Part shown: piece by piece, positions 48,046-55,972 of the stretch
Layout: each line of letters begins with the position of its first letter
Numbering within the stretch: position 1 is the stretch's first letter
DNA from: a virus
Taxonomy: Duplodnaviria > Caudoviricetes
DNA length: 64,000 bases
Virus record (IMG/VR): IMGVR_UViG_3300021519_001244
Location: 1,749-65,748 of that record
Direction: 5' to 3' (one strand)
Notes under the pieces: model-generated
Databases searched by the model: none
The model's input: only the letters and a program-made list of their open reading frames with translations
What the model was told of the DNA's origin: nothing
Program-made: the position numbers and the translations under genes

Positions 48046-49751
48046 AAATAAACGAAATCTTAACTGAAGCGGTTAAACAACGATTAGATCCCAAATGCTG
48101 GCCGCGCAAGCACAAGGCTGGCACCAAGATCAAAGGTGGAATCCGTGTGAATAATTGTGTGCCTAACGAAGGTGTGGCAGAAGGGCTACAGAATATTGAA
48201 ATCCAAGACGATAAATCTATAGTCACTATTAGTGTTGGTGGAAAAGAAAGATTCGTATTGCAACCTGCTACCGGTCATAAACTAAAATCATATGGTGGTC
48301 GCGCATACAAATACTGGACTATCTATGATATAGAACGTAAGAAGGATAGATTTAATCCTAATATTGGTATGATGAGTAAAAATCAAGCTATTGCGTATGT
48401 CAACAAAATAATCCAGCATGAAGAAGATACGGCAAAAGAAAAGCAAGGTGTGGCAGAAGGTACTTCTCCCAAACTTAGTGCGGCACCAATAAAGATTGGG
48501 TCGATTTACCGTATGAAGGTTAATGGGTCACAAACATACGGGAAGGTTGCATCTATAAATGACGACAGGGGAACAGTTCGCCTTCGTCGTTTAAATAAAG
48601 ATGGTTCGCCATATGAAGGCGCTGGGCCAGACAAGGATTCTGATGGTCGCTGGATTCAGCAATATCATTTCCATGTGACAACCCCGGATAATCTTGGTAA
48701 ACGCTTTCAGATGGACAATATGTATGGGGAACTTGTTCCATATGGAACAGCAAAAATACCCGGAACAGAACCTATAGGTGAAGACAAAAGACCTGAAGAA
48801 ACTTCCCCTAAACTCAGCGTATCCAAAGCTGATGTGGTGTCCGTGCAAGGTGTGGCGGAAGGCACGGAAAAAGTCAACCCGTTAACCAAATTAACCAACG
48901 CAGTGATTAGTTTCTATAAACCAGTTGTTGATCAGATTGAACCAGGCGCAGTTGACGACTATGACAAACAAGCCAAGGAGTTATTAAACCAAGCACCTGA
49001 CCCAAATATACGCAGTCGGATGCGGGAGATATTTCAGAAGGGTCAGAAAGATCCCATGATACAGGGCGGTGTTATTACTGCTATTGCGGCTATACTGACC
49101 GGCGGCTTATTATCATCTGCATCACGCATGGGATTAAGCCCAGCACAGACCAACATATTGTTACAAGCAGTATTGAATACAGTTATACCCACTATTATCG
49201 CACGTATCAATAACAAGAGCTGGAGTGATACCATCAAATATACCTTGGCCAGTGTGGGTGTGGGAATGACCGCAGCCGCCACATTGAGTGAGAAACGTGT
49301 GACAGAAGGTCTCAGCATTGATGTACCCAACGAACAATGGTTACAAGACAAAATAGACTATGCTAAAAGCAAAGGTCGTGATGAATGGGGAGCTCCTTTC
49401 TTTGGTACTACTACCGCTTATGTCAGACCAAACCCACAGGTATCAGTTGTTAGATTAGAAATGCTCAAAGGTATGCGTAACGAACAGAACAATGTTCGCA
49501 AGAAAGACCTAGAGTGGTTAATGGCTACTATGGAAAAGACCGGTAAACTACCACTCACAGACCAGGGTGAAGAATACCCACCATTTGTCATGGTGGCATA
49601 CAATGGTGAAGCCTGGGTCAATGAAGGCAATCATCGTATTATGGCTGCGTATAGATTGGGTTGGAAAAAGATGCCTGTTGAAATTAGATACTTTGACGGC
49701 GGCGAACGTGTTGAAGACGGAATCATGTATCCAGGCAAGATTGGACTATAA
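48042..49751 (+). CDS. multi-module (polyvalent) protein with GVAEG linkers and C-terminal ParB/Srx-like domain
   Basis: MKINEILTE; CW...NNCVP module; GVAEG three times and RVTEG once; PPFVMV..VNEGNHRIMAA. Confidence 0.75.
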   Translation: MKINEILTEAVKQRLDPKCWPRKHKAGTKIKGGIRVNNCVPNEGVAEGLQNIEIQDDKSIVTISVGGKERFVLQPATGHKLKSYGGRAYKYWTIYDIERKKDRFNPNIGMMSKNQAIAYVNKIIQHEEDTAKEKQGVAEGTSPKLSAAPIKIGSIYRMKVNGSQTYGKVASINDDRGTVRLRRLNKDGSPYEGAGPDKDSDGRWIQQYHFHVTTPDNLGKRFQMDNMYGELVPYGTAKIPGTEPIGEDKRPEETSPKLSVSKADVVSVQGVAEGTEKVNPLTKLTNAVISFYKPVVDQIEPGAVDDYDKQAKELLNQAPDPNIRSRMREIFQKGQKDPMIQGGVITAIAAILTGGLLSSASRMGLSPAQTNILLQAVLNTVIPTIIARINNKSWSDTIKYTLASVGVGMTAAATLSEKRVTEGLSIDVPNEQWLQDKIDYAKSKGRDEWGAPFFGTTTAYVRPNPQVSVVRLEMLKGMRNEQNNVRKKDLEWLMATMEKTGKLPLTDQGEEYPPFVMVAYNGEAWVNEGNHRIMAAYRLGWKKMPVEIRYFDGGERVEDGIMYPGKIGL

Positions 49752-49754
49752 CAC

Positions 49755-49779
49755 AAAAGCCACCCTAGGGTGGCTTTTT
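49755..49779. terminator. bidirectional intrinsic terminator
   Basis: AAAAGCCACCC-TA-GGGTGGCTTTT between convergent genes. Confidence 0.85.
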
Positions 49780-49800
49780 AATTGATATATTATTGTTATT

Positions 49801-50430
49801 TTACACTAAAGCATATTGAACGGTACGGGTACAGCCAACTGCATCTAACTCTATTGCTCTATGATTGTCGGACCAATGATGTGCTGAAAAATTTGCACTA
49901 TTGCTATACTGGTGTGTAGCAACAATTGAATTGGTATTTACAACTAAGTTTGTTAATGTACCTGCATCACAGCCACCTTCAGATCCATTTGTACGAATAT
50001 TTTCTGCCAACTGTGCCACTTGGTCGGCTACCTCAGCCGCAAATGCCTCATTGGATGGAAACGTGTATGTTGTGGTCACTTTAAATGGTACTGTTATTCC
50101 CTCGTGCGTAAAACCCAAGTGCTCTATACCATGAGCATTGTTATATGTTGCAAAAGCCGCATCAAGCTGGATACTTAGAAACGAATCAAATTGACTATAA
50201 CGATCTAGATTGGATAAAGTTGAAACCATAGTTGATGTCAGTCCATCTTCGCTTAGGGTGTTTGTATGAAATTTATTATTATTATCAAACGCCACTTTCA
50301 TATCCGGATAAGCCTCATGAATTTTAGCTTGGATAGTTGCCCATAAGGCCATGGCCTCGGCTGTATCCGCATAAAACGGTGTTGACGTGTTAGGCCGTTT
50401 CATTCTCTTTGTTTCGGTGATTGCTGACAT
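49801..50430 (-). CDS. hypothetical protein
   Basis: AAGGA SD and TAAATA upstream on minus strand. Confidence 0.7.
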   Translation of the reverse strand: MSAITETKRMKRPNTSTPFYADTAEAMALWATIQAKIHEAYPDMKVAFDNNNKFHTNTLSEDGLTSTMVSTLSNLDRYSQFDSFLSIQLDAAFATYNNAHGIEHLGFTHEGITVPFKVTTTYTFPSNEAFAAEVADQVAQLAENIRTNGSEGGCDAGTLTNLVVNTNSIVATHQYSNSANFSAHHWSDNHRAIELDAVGCTRTVQYALV

Positions 50431-50485
50431 GTCTAAATTCCTTGATAAAATTATTACTGATACAGTTATTTATACAAACTCGTTT

Positions 50486-50516
50486 GGTTGACCGAAAAAT
50501 CCATTTCTGCTATACT
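50486..50516 (+). promoter_or_regulatory. early promoter, family B
   Basis: TTGACC-17 (contains AAATCCATTT)-TATACT. Confidence 0.8.
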
Positions 50517-50522
50517 AAGAGC

Positions 50523-50741
50523 ATGAAGAAACTAGATTTTTATCTAAAATGGACGGCTACAGCGGTCATTGTTATTGCCACCCTGGCCAATGCGTTTGAC
50601 ATTAACCCATTGAATAAAATACTCTTTTTACTGGGGTGCGGACTATGGACCTGGGTGGGCATACTGTGGAAACAGCCCAGTCTTTGGTTGCTCAACGTAT
50701 TTTGTGCCCTTGTATACGTAGTAGGCTTTGTAAGTCATTGA
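50523..50741 (+). CDS. small three-TM membrane protein
   Basis: LKWTAT...W.WVGILWKQPSL..LN; ATG 6 nt after the -10 element. Confidence 0.7.
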   Translation: MKKLDFYLKWTATAVIVIATLANAFDINPLNKILFLLGCGLWTWVGILWKQPSLWLLNVFCALVYVVGFVSH

Positions 50742-50760
50742 TTTGTATAGAGAATATTTT

Positions 50761-50820
50761 GGTTGTCCAATAAATCCATTTCCTATATAATATACATATA
50801 CTAGCAAAACGGAGAAGAAA
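50761..50820 (+). promoter_or_regulatory. early promoter/RBS cassette, family B
   Basis: GGTTGTCCAATAAATCCATTTCCTATATAAT...ACTAGCAAAACGGAGA; similar to 62164, 62903, 63222. Confidence 0.85.
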
Positions 50821-51027
50821 ATGGGATTTGAAAAAGTGGTACTTAATGTAGTCTCAGAAGTGTTGCAAAAAGACGACACCGCCAGTTTTACATGCGGCAC
50901 ATTATTTGTGGCCTGTGATGAGAGTGATGCTCGTAGTGTTTTCCACCGTTTGAGCCGTGATTTTGGGCTTGGAAAAGTGCAAATAAACGGTCCAATCCAA
51001 GGTGAATTTGCTTACGATTTTGTATAA
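50821..51027 (+). CDS. hypothetical early protein
   Basis: Follows promoter cassette with GGAG. Confidence 0.7.
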   Translation: MGFEKVVLNVVSEVLQKDDTASFTCGTLFVACDESDARSVFHRLSRDFGLGKVQINGPIQGEFAYDFV

Positions 51028-51030
51028 AAC

Positions 51031-51089
51031 GGTTGACCCAAAATTCGGGTTCGTGTATACTAGTTGTATTGTTAATAAAGAGGAGTTAC
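51031..51089 (+). promoter_or_regulatory. early promoter/RBS cassette, copy A3
   Basis: 58/59 identical to 35812..35870. Confidence 0.85.
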
Positions 51090-51091
51090 AA

Positions 51092-51409
51092 ATGCTAAGT
51101 CAAATCGTCCAAGAAGCTTTTACAGCGGCCAAACAAGCCGAAGCAGAATTCCGTGCCAAACACGGTGAGCCAGGCTACTGTGGTTTTGGGTGGGTTGAAG
51201 TGTATGTTAATCGCACCAATTCCAAAGAAGCCAAAGAATTGCTGGCCGCTGGTTTTAAGAAAGACTACAAGCCGAAGTGCCTGACTGTTTGGAACCCAGG
51301 TGGCAGTTTTACCCAGTCCATGGATATCAAAGAAGCTGGCGCCCAGGCGTTTGCGGAAGTGTTGCAAAAGGCGGGATTGAATGCGTATGCTTGCTCGAGG
51401 GCCGACTAA
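51092..51409 (+). CDS. hypothetical early protein
   Basis: GAGGAG SD; CGFGWV...QSMDIKEAGAQAFA...SRAD. Confidence 0.75.
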   Translation: MLSQIVQEAFTAAKQAEAEFRAKHGEPGYCGFGWVEVYVNRTNSKEAKELLAAGFKKDYKPKCLTVWNPGGSFTQSMDIKEAGAQAFAEVLQKAGLNAYACSRAD

Positions 51410-51410
51410 C

Positions 51411-51611
51411 ATGGCGTATACTGTTTATCAACACGATATACGGTTTGGTCCCAGAAAAGGACTTGAAGGGCCGTATCATTACCCCAACGGTCAGACGTTG
51501 TATTACGACCCCAAGGCTGGTGAATACTACGACCCTACCACGGACTTTTATGTAGACCGCGAAGATGTTGCTCGCTTGCAACAGAGTATTTTTGATAGGA
51601 TCAGTGCCTAA
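51411..51611 (+). CDS. hypothetical protein
   Basis: GAGG SD; GLEGPY..YYDPKAGEYYDPTTDFY. Confidence 0.7.
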   Translation: MAYTVYQHDIRFGPRKGLEGPYHYPNGQTLYYDPKAGEYYDPTTDFYVDREDVARLQQSIFDRISA

Positions 51612-51612
51612 C

Positions 51613-51852
51613 ATGAAAAAATTTATAATGCCGGAACGGGTTGCGTTTGATAAAGTGGGTGATACTGAAATATCCACAGTCAAATTGAACTCAGCTGGTT
51701 GGGGATACGAGACCTGCATGTTTTATGCCGATGGTCATTCGGATGTAGTTTCAACCTATGATACGTTGAAAGATGCCGTGGCTACCCACAAGCAGATAGT
51801 AGAACACGAAAAGAAACATTTTGTAGCAAAAATGCGACATTTTGGTGATTGA
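51613..51852 (+). CDS. hypothetical protein
   Basis: ISTV...YETCMF; coupled spacing. Confidence 0.65.
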   Translation: MKKFIMPERVAFDKVGDTEISTVKLNSAGWGYETCMFYADGHSDVVSTYDTLKDAVATHKQIVEHEKKHFVAKMRHFGD

Positions 51853-51877
51853 CCATAAAATCCATTTCAGCTATAAT
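51849..51877 (+). promoter_or_regulatory. early promoter, family B
   Basis: TTGACC-17-TATAAT. Confidence 0.8.
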
Positions 51878-51909
51878 ACTTGTATAGTAACTAAAAAGGA
51901 GTTTGAAAA

Positions 51910-52185
51910 ATGATCACAATCCAAGAAATTAATTCGCAAATTATCGCAGGAACGTTTACAAACGATCAATTGACGTCTATTAACGATGCTGTAAAGTTTG
52001 CCCGAAGCAGGCTAACACAACAAGTAGCCCGTACACTCCAAATTGGAGCCGCTGTTAGATTTACCAGCAACCGTAACGGTAAAGTTTATCCGGGCATACT
52101 AGAATCAATTAAAATTAAAAATGCTATTGTCTCAACGGCGTTTGGACGATACAAGGTTCCGATGAATATGTTGGAGGCTGTATGA
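51910..52185 (+). CDS. hypothetical early protein (SH3-like C-terminus)
   Basis: AGGAG SD. Confidence 0.7.
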   Translation: MITIQEINSQIIAGTFTNDQLTSINDAVKFARSRLTQQVARTLQIGAAVRFTSNRNGKVYPGILESIKIKNAIVSTAFGRYKVPMNMLEAV

Positions 52186-52364
52186 AATATATATTGATCA
52201 TTCTGTTGATTGTTTTACTGATTGTTCTTGGCCCGCTCCTAACAATTTGGGCACTGAATACATTGTTTCCGGTTCTTGCAATTGGGTATACAATTGAAAC
52301 ATGGTGTGCGGTAATAATTGTTGGTGCCGCTATGCGGGCCAACGTAACGGTTAAAAGGGATTAA
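52182..52364 (+). CDS. small membrane protein
   Basis: Hydrophobic 60 aa; GGAGG SD. Confidence 0.65.
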   Translation: MKYILIILLIVLLIVLGPLLTIWALNTLFPVLAIGYTIETWCAVIIVGAAMRANVTVKRD

Positions 52365-52367
52365 ATC

Positions 52368-52844
52368 ATGGGAACTCGTAGCCGAATTGCTGTAATGCAT
52401 GGTACTATATGCAAGTCTGTATACTGTCATTGGGATGGTTATTTGGAACACAATGGTAGCATACTAGAAAAACATTATGATACTGTCAAGGCCAATAATC
52501 TTGTTGCCTTAGGAGATATGTCTACTTTGCGTCCAAACATTGGTGTTAAGCATGCCTTCAGCAAATTGGATATTCCGGAGGCGGATCGCGAGTTGTTTGA
52601 ACAAGAACATGCAGAGTCATGCACCTTTTATGGACGTGACAGGGAAGAAAAAGATTGTTCATGGAAAGTGGCGCATACATTTGAAGAGTTTTTGGAACAA
52701 TGTTACCAGTGTAACGCAGAATATTACTACGTTATGGAAAATGGTAAGTGGTTTGTTGGTACTACTGGCGGCGGTGAGTTCAAAGGTCGCTTGGTACGGT
52801 TGAGCGAAGCGTTGGAAGATGTTATTGAAACTGAATCAATCTAA
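52368..52844 (+). CDS. conserved hypothetical phage protein
   Basis: MGTRSRI...YCHWDGYL...LGDMS...YGRDR...EYYY. Confidence 0.75.
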   Translation: MGTRSRIAVMHGTICKSVYCHWDGYLEHNGSILEKHYDTVKANNLVALGDMSTLRPNIGVKHAFSKLDIPEADRELFEQEHAESCTFYGRDREEKDCSWKVAHTFEEFLEQCYQCNAEYYYVMENGKWFVGTTGGGEFKGRLVRLSEALEDVIETESI

Positions 52845-52853
52845 GGAGATATC

Positions 52854-52982
52854 ATGAGTAAATTTATCATTGGTGCTATTTTTGGTGTGATGATTTGTAC
52901 TGTTGGGTTTTCGGGTATCGCTCGAATGTTTGACAACGGTGTGGCCAAGGTACAGAGCGTGGCCAAGGATGCGGCAAAATGA
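52854..52982 (+). CDS. small membrane peptide (42 aa)
   Basis: AAGGAG SD; MSKFIIGAIFGVMICTVGFSG. Confidence 0.6.
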   Translation: MSKFIIGAIFGVMICTVGFSGIARMFDNGVAKVQSVAKDAAK

Positions 52983-53104
52983 AAATTGTATTTGCATTGA
53001 TTTTGGCAAGTGTGCTGTCCGCGTGTTCGACTGTGGCCGGTGTTGGTAAAGACATTTCTTCTGGTGCAGAATGGACCAAAGAAAAAATGGGCAAGGCGCT
53101 GTAA
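52979..53104 (+). CDS. entericidin A/B-family lipoprotein
   Basis: MKIVFALILASVLSA-CSTVAGVGKDISSG matches the L-x-A-C-x-T-x-x-G-x-G-x-D-I pattern. Confidence 0.75.
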   Translation: MKIVFALILASVLSACSTVAGVGKDISSGAEWTKEKMGKAL

Positions 53105-53129
53105 TTTTGGTAAAAAGAATTCAAAAGTT

Positions 53130-53160
53130 GGTTGACTCAAAATTTGAAATCAGCTATACT
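53130..53160 (+). promoter_or_regulatory. sigma70-type promoter
   Basis: TTGACT-17-TATACT. Confidence 0.75.
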
Positions 53161-53220
53161 TAGAATATGTCCAGTGTGTGGACATGGTAGTTTTAATTTA
53201 ACTTAAATGGAGTTTTAAAA

Positions 53221-53553
53221 ATGAGTAAACTGTTCAAAGTAGGTGGTGTTAGCAAGTGTAAGTCGGGTTATAAAGTTCGTTTCGCTAATGAAGTGACTCG
53301 TGTCAAGATCTTGGCTAAGACTGATACGGACATTCAACTGTTTGATTTGCCTAAGGCAATGGACAAAGCTGAATTGGTTACGTTTTTGAAGTCGCATGAG
53401 CTGTATGCTAATGCTGATTACAAAGCGGCAATTGATGCGGCTGATATCAAGTACAACAGCGTTAAGGTTGTTAGTACCAAGGCTACCAAGGTTAAGCCTA
53501 GTCTTGAGGCTATTAAGGCCCGTGCAACTAGCAAGCAGGCGGTTGCTGAGTAA
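53221..53553 (+). CDS. basic hypothetical protein
   Basis: GGAG SD; KVRFAN..RVKILAK..TDI.L..LP.AM.K. Confidence 0.75.
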   Translation: MSKLFKVGGVSKCKSGYKVRFANEVTRVKILAKTDTDIQLFDLPKAMDKAELVTFLKSHELYANADYKAAIDAADIKYNSVKVVSTKATKVKPSLEAIKARATSKQAVAE

Positions 53554-53558
53554 TTCAC

Positions 53559-54070
53559 GTAGGGGCATCGCCGAGAGGCGTATTAGTCCCTTACTATCTT
53601 TTAGCACATTGCCCGAACCGAGTTTCCGGTAGCAAGGCGAAAGCTGGCAAGTGTGCTAAAAAATAGCGGATAAGGACAAGTGCGTTCTTTTAGAGTCCCG
53701 AAAGGGTTCGCTTAATAAAGACTCTATAAAACGATGCGGGTGAATCCAGGTGCCACCTCCCAAAACCACCCTGGACGAATTTAGGTTATTCCAAAACGCA
53801 AGCCACGCGAAAGCAAAAAGACAAGCAAGGAATATTAAATGACCAAAGGTCAGCCAACTTGGACCCGCCTGGGTAACGCTGGGCTAGTATGACCCGTACG
53901 AAGGAGAAGTGAGTTCGTGACTCAAGGGTGGTAGTCTTTTTACCTAAAGGCCGCTGGCAATGCGTTAACGGAACCTGTCGTGGAGAGGGTGGAGGCTGTG
54001 TGTGATGATGTATTGGTCGTAAGCCAATATGTTTGATGCAGTATAATTACCTCCGGGGTTCGCAGAGCAT
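53559..54070 (+). ncRNA. large structured non-coding RNA(s), unclassified (GOLLD/ROOL-like class possible)
   Basis: No ORF of 60 aa or more, GC-richer than flanks, GNRA-capped hairpins and several long-range complementary segments. Confidence 0.65.
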
Positions 54071-54074
54071 TTTG

Positions 54075-54243
54075 TTTATATAGGTAAGTATTTGAGACTG
54101 AAAAGTGGGTATCGTTAGAAGACGTTCTAACTATTCGGGCCTAACCGGCGTGGAACAGGTCCTGATAAAACTAGCCGTACGCTATTGCCCGTGGGAGTTA
54201 GTCCGGACGCATAAATTGGCCCTCAAATACTTACCTATATAAA
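54075..54243 (+). ncRNA. 169-nt element closed by a perfect 22-bp inverted repeat
   Basis: TTTATATAGGTAAGTATTTGAG (54075-96) / CTCAAATACTTACCTATATAAA (54222-43). Confidence 0.55.
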
Positions 54244-54452
54244 TATTGTAGGCCTTTATATACTAATAGAACTGAAAGACTGGGTTGGTTCTAATGATAA
54301 TACCGACACTAAATAGATATACGAATATTTTACGGAGGGCGATGCCAACATAAATATTTTACAAAAGCAGTATTCAATAAACGGTTAAATTCCGCATAGG
54401 CAACAAGCTCAAAGTGTGTTACAATTTATAAACTTTTAAAAAGGAAATAAGA

Positions 54453-55175
54453 ATGAAGAAATTACTATTAGCAGTATTATTGGTCACTGGTATTACTACA
54501 GCCCAAGCACAGGTATCAGGCAATTTAGGATTAACAAGTGACTATCGTTTCCGCGGTATTAGCCAAAGTCAAAATGCACCAGCAGTACAAGGTGGTGTTG
54601 ATTACGCTCACTCAAGCGGTTTCTATGTTGGTAACTGGAACAGTTCAGTAAGCTCATCTGTTCACACAAACGGTTCTGGCGTTGAGAGCGATCTCTATGC
54701 TGGTTGGAAGAAAGATATTTACAAGGGCCTGACTCTTGATGTTGGTTCTTATAACTATTTTTACCCACGTGCTACCGCTGCAAGCACAGGCTCAAACTTT
54801 GACACATACGAAGGTTTTGCAGGTCTAGGTTATGGTCCGGTTAGCGTTAAGTACAGCCGTACACTAGGTAATGGTTATTTTGGTACAGCTAATGCTCAAG
54901 GTACACAATACTACCAAGCTGATGTAAACTATCCAATCGCTGGATCAAAGATTAGTTTGCTTGCTCACGCAGGTAAGACTAATGTTGCGAATCAAAGCAC
55001 AGGTGATTACAACGATTATAACTTTGGCGTTGGTTACGACTTAAAGGGCTGGAATTTAGCCGCTAAGTATTACACAAACACATCGTTAACAACTGCCGCT
55101 AAAACAGCAAATACAATCAATAGTCAAAAATTGTATAAGAATGCCGCTGTATTATCAGTAAGCAAATCATTCTAA
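54453..55175 (+). CDS. TorF-family (TIGR02001-like) outer-membrane beta-barrel
   Basis: Signal peptide; TSDYRFRGISQS..PAVQGGVDY-HSSGFYVGNW-S, ESDLYAG, C-terminal VSKSF. Confidence 0.88.
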   Translation: MKKLLLAVLLVTGITTAQAQVSGNLGLTSDYRFRGISQSQNAPAVQGGVDYAHSSGFYVGNWNSSVSSSVHTNGSGVESDLYAGWKKDIYKGLTLDVGSYNYFYPRATAASTGSNFDTYEGFAGLGYGPVSVKYSRTLGNGYFGTANAQGTQYYQADVNYPIAGSKISLLAHAGKTNVANQSTGDYNDYNFGVGYDLKGWNLAAKYYTNTSLTTAAKTANTINSQKLYKNAAVLSVSKSF

Positions 55176-55195
55176 TTTAAACATTAGAGTAAACT

Positions 55196-55220
55196 AAAAG
55201 CCCACTTTGGTGGGCTTTTT
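55196..55220 (+). terminator. intrinsic terminator
   Basis: AAAAGCCCAC-TTTG-GTGGGCTTTTT; same hairpin at 61120. Confidence 0.85.
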
Positions 55221-55289
55221 CTTGACTTTTGATTACAGCATAGCGTATACTGAGTAGGTATAAATACAAGATAACAGAGTAAAGAAAAT

Positions 55290-55964
55290 ATGACCTTACC
55301 AGTAAGCGGAGCAATTAGCCTTAGCCAAGTTTCAGTTGAAGTAGGACAAGCATCTACTTATTCTGCATCATTAAACTGGGTTAAATCTATAACCAAAGAT
55401 AGTGTTAGCAATATGAATGCATTGCATGGTCGTTCGTACTATCAAAGTTCCATGGATGGCAACTGTAACAATGGTAATTGCGACTCAGCTGTTGGCGGCG
55501 GCAATATAAATTGTGTAAATTGTAGTTTAACTACAGTTAATTGTGCAAATTGCGACGCCCAATCATGGTTGCAAGCTGGTACAAACTGCGCCTGTACTTA
55601 TAACTGCGATCAGCACACAGATCAAGCGTACAACTGTAACTGCAATTGTAATTGTAATTGTGCATGTTTTTGGTCTGATGATACGCTTAAAGATCGCCAA
55701 GGCGAAATTGTTAATGCGTTGGATATCATTTGCGAATTAACAGGGTTTTATTATACTGGTAATAATAAAGCAAGACAACTTGGCCTAAATCCAAAACTTG
55801 ATGTTGGAGTTAGTGCCCAAGATATAGAACGAGTGTTCCCTGTGGCGGCTGGCGACCCATTACCGGGAAGTGGTGTAAAAACTGTACGATATGAACGTTT
55901 AGTTCCGTTACTGCTCGAAGCTGTAAAATCATTAAATCAAAAAATTGATCAACTCAAAAAATAA
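55290..55964 (+). CDS. Asn-Cys-rich protein with C-terminal peptidase S74 intramolecular chaperone domain
   Basis: 15 Cys in aa 59-126; WSDDTLK, NAL-II-L-G-Y, VGVSAQDIE-VFP, V-YERLVPLL-EAVK-L coiled coil; TAAATA upstream. Confidence 0.85.
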   Translation: MTLPVSGAISLSQVSVEVGQASTYSASLNWVKSITKDSVSNMNALHGRSYYQSSMDGNCNNGNCDSAVGGGNINCVNCSLTTVNCANCDAQSWLQAGTNCACTYNCDQHTDQAYNCNCNCNCNCACFWSDDTLKDRQGEIVNALDIICELTGFYYTGNNKARQLGLNPKLDVGVSAQDIERVFPVAAGDPLPGSGVKTVRYERLVPLLLEAVKSLNQKIDQLKK

Positions 55965-55972
55965 GGCCCAAT

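Noticed and set aside
53559-54243. RNase P RNA, self-splicing intron or hammerhead ribozyme
   Set aside because: Did not find the GAGGAAAGUCC/P4 signature, an interrupted host gene, or a CUGAUGA...GAAA core in the right arrangement; left unclassified
54330-54360. GGCGATG suggesting a fluoride riboswitch before the porin gene
   Set aside because: Required complementary pseudoknot segments are not present
55632-55667. AAYTGY microsatellite or diversity-generating element
   Set aside because: Synonymous codons vary (aac tgt aac tgc aat tgt), so selection is on the Asn-Cys peptide; no reverse transcriptase or template repeat in the window
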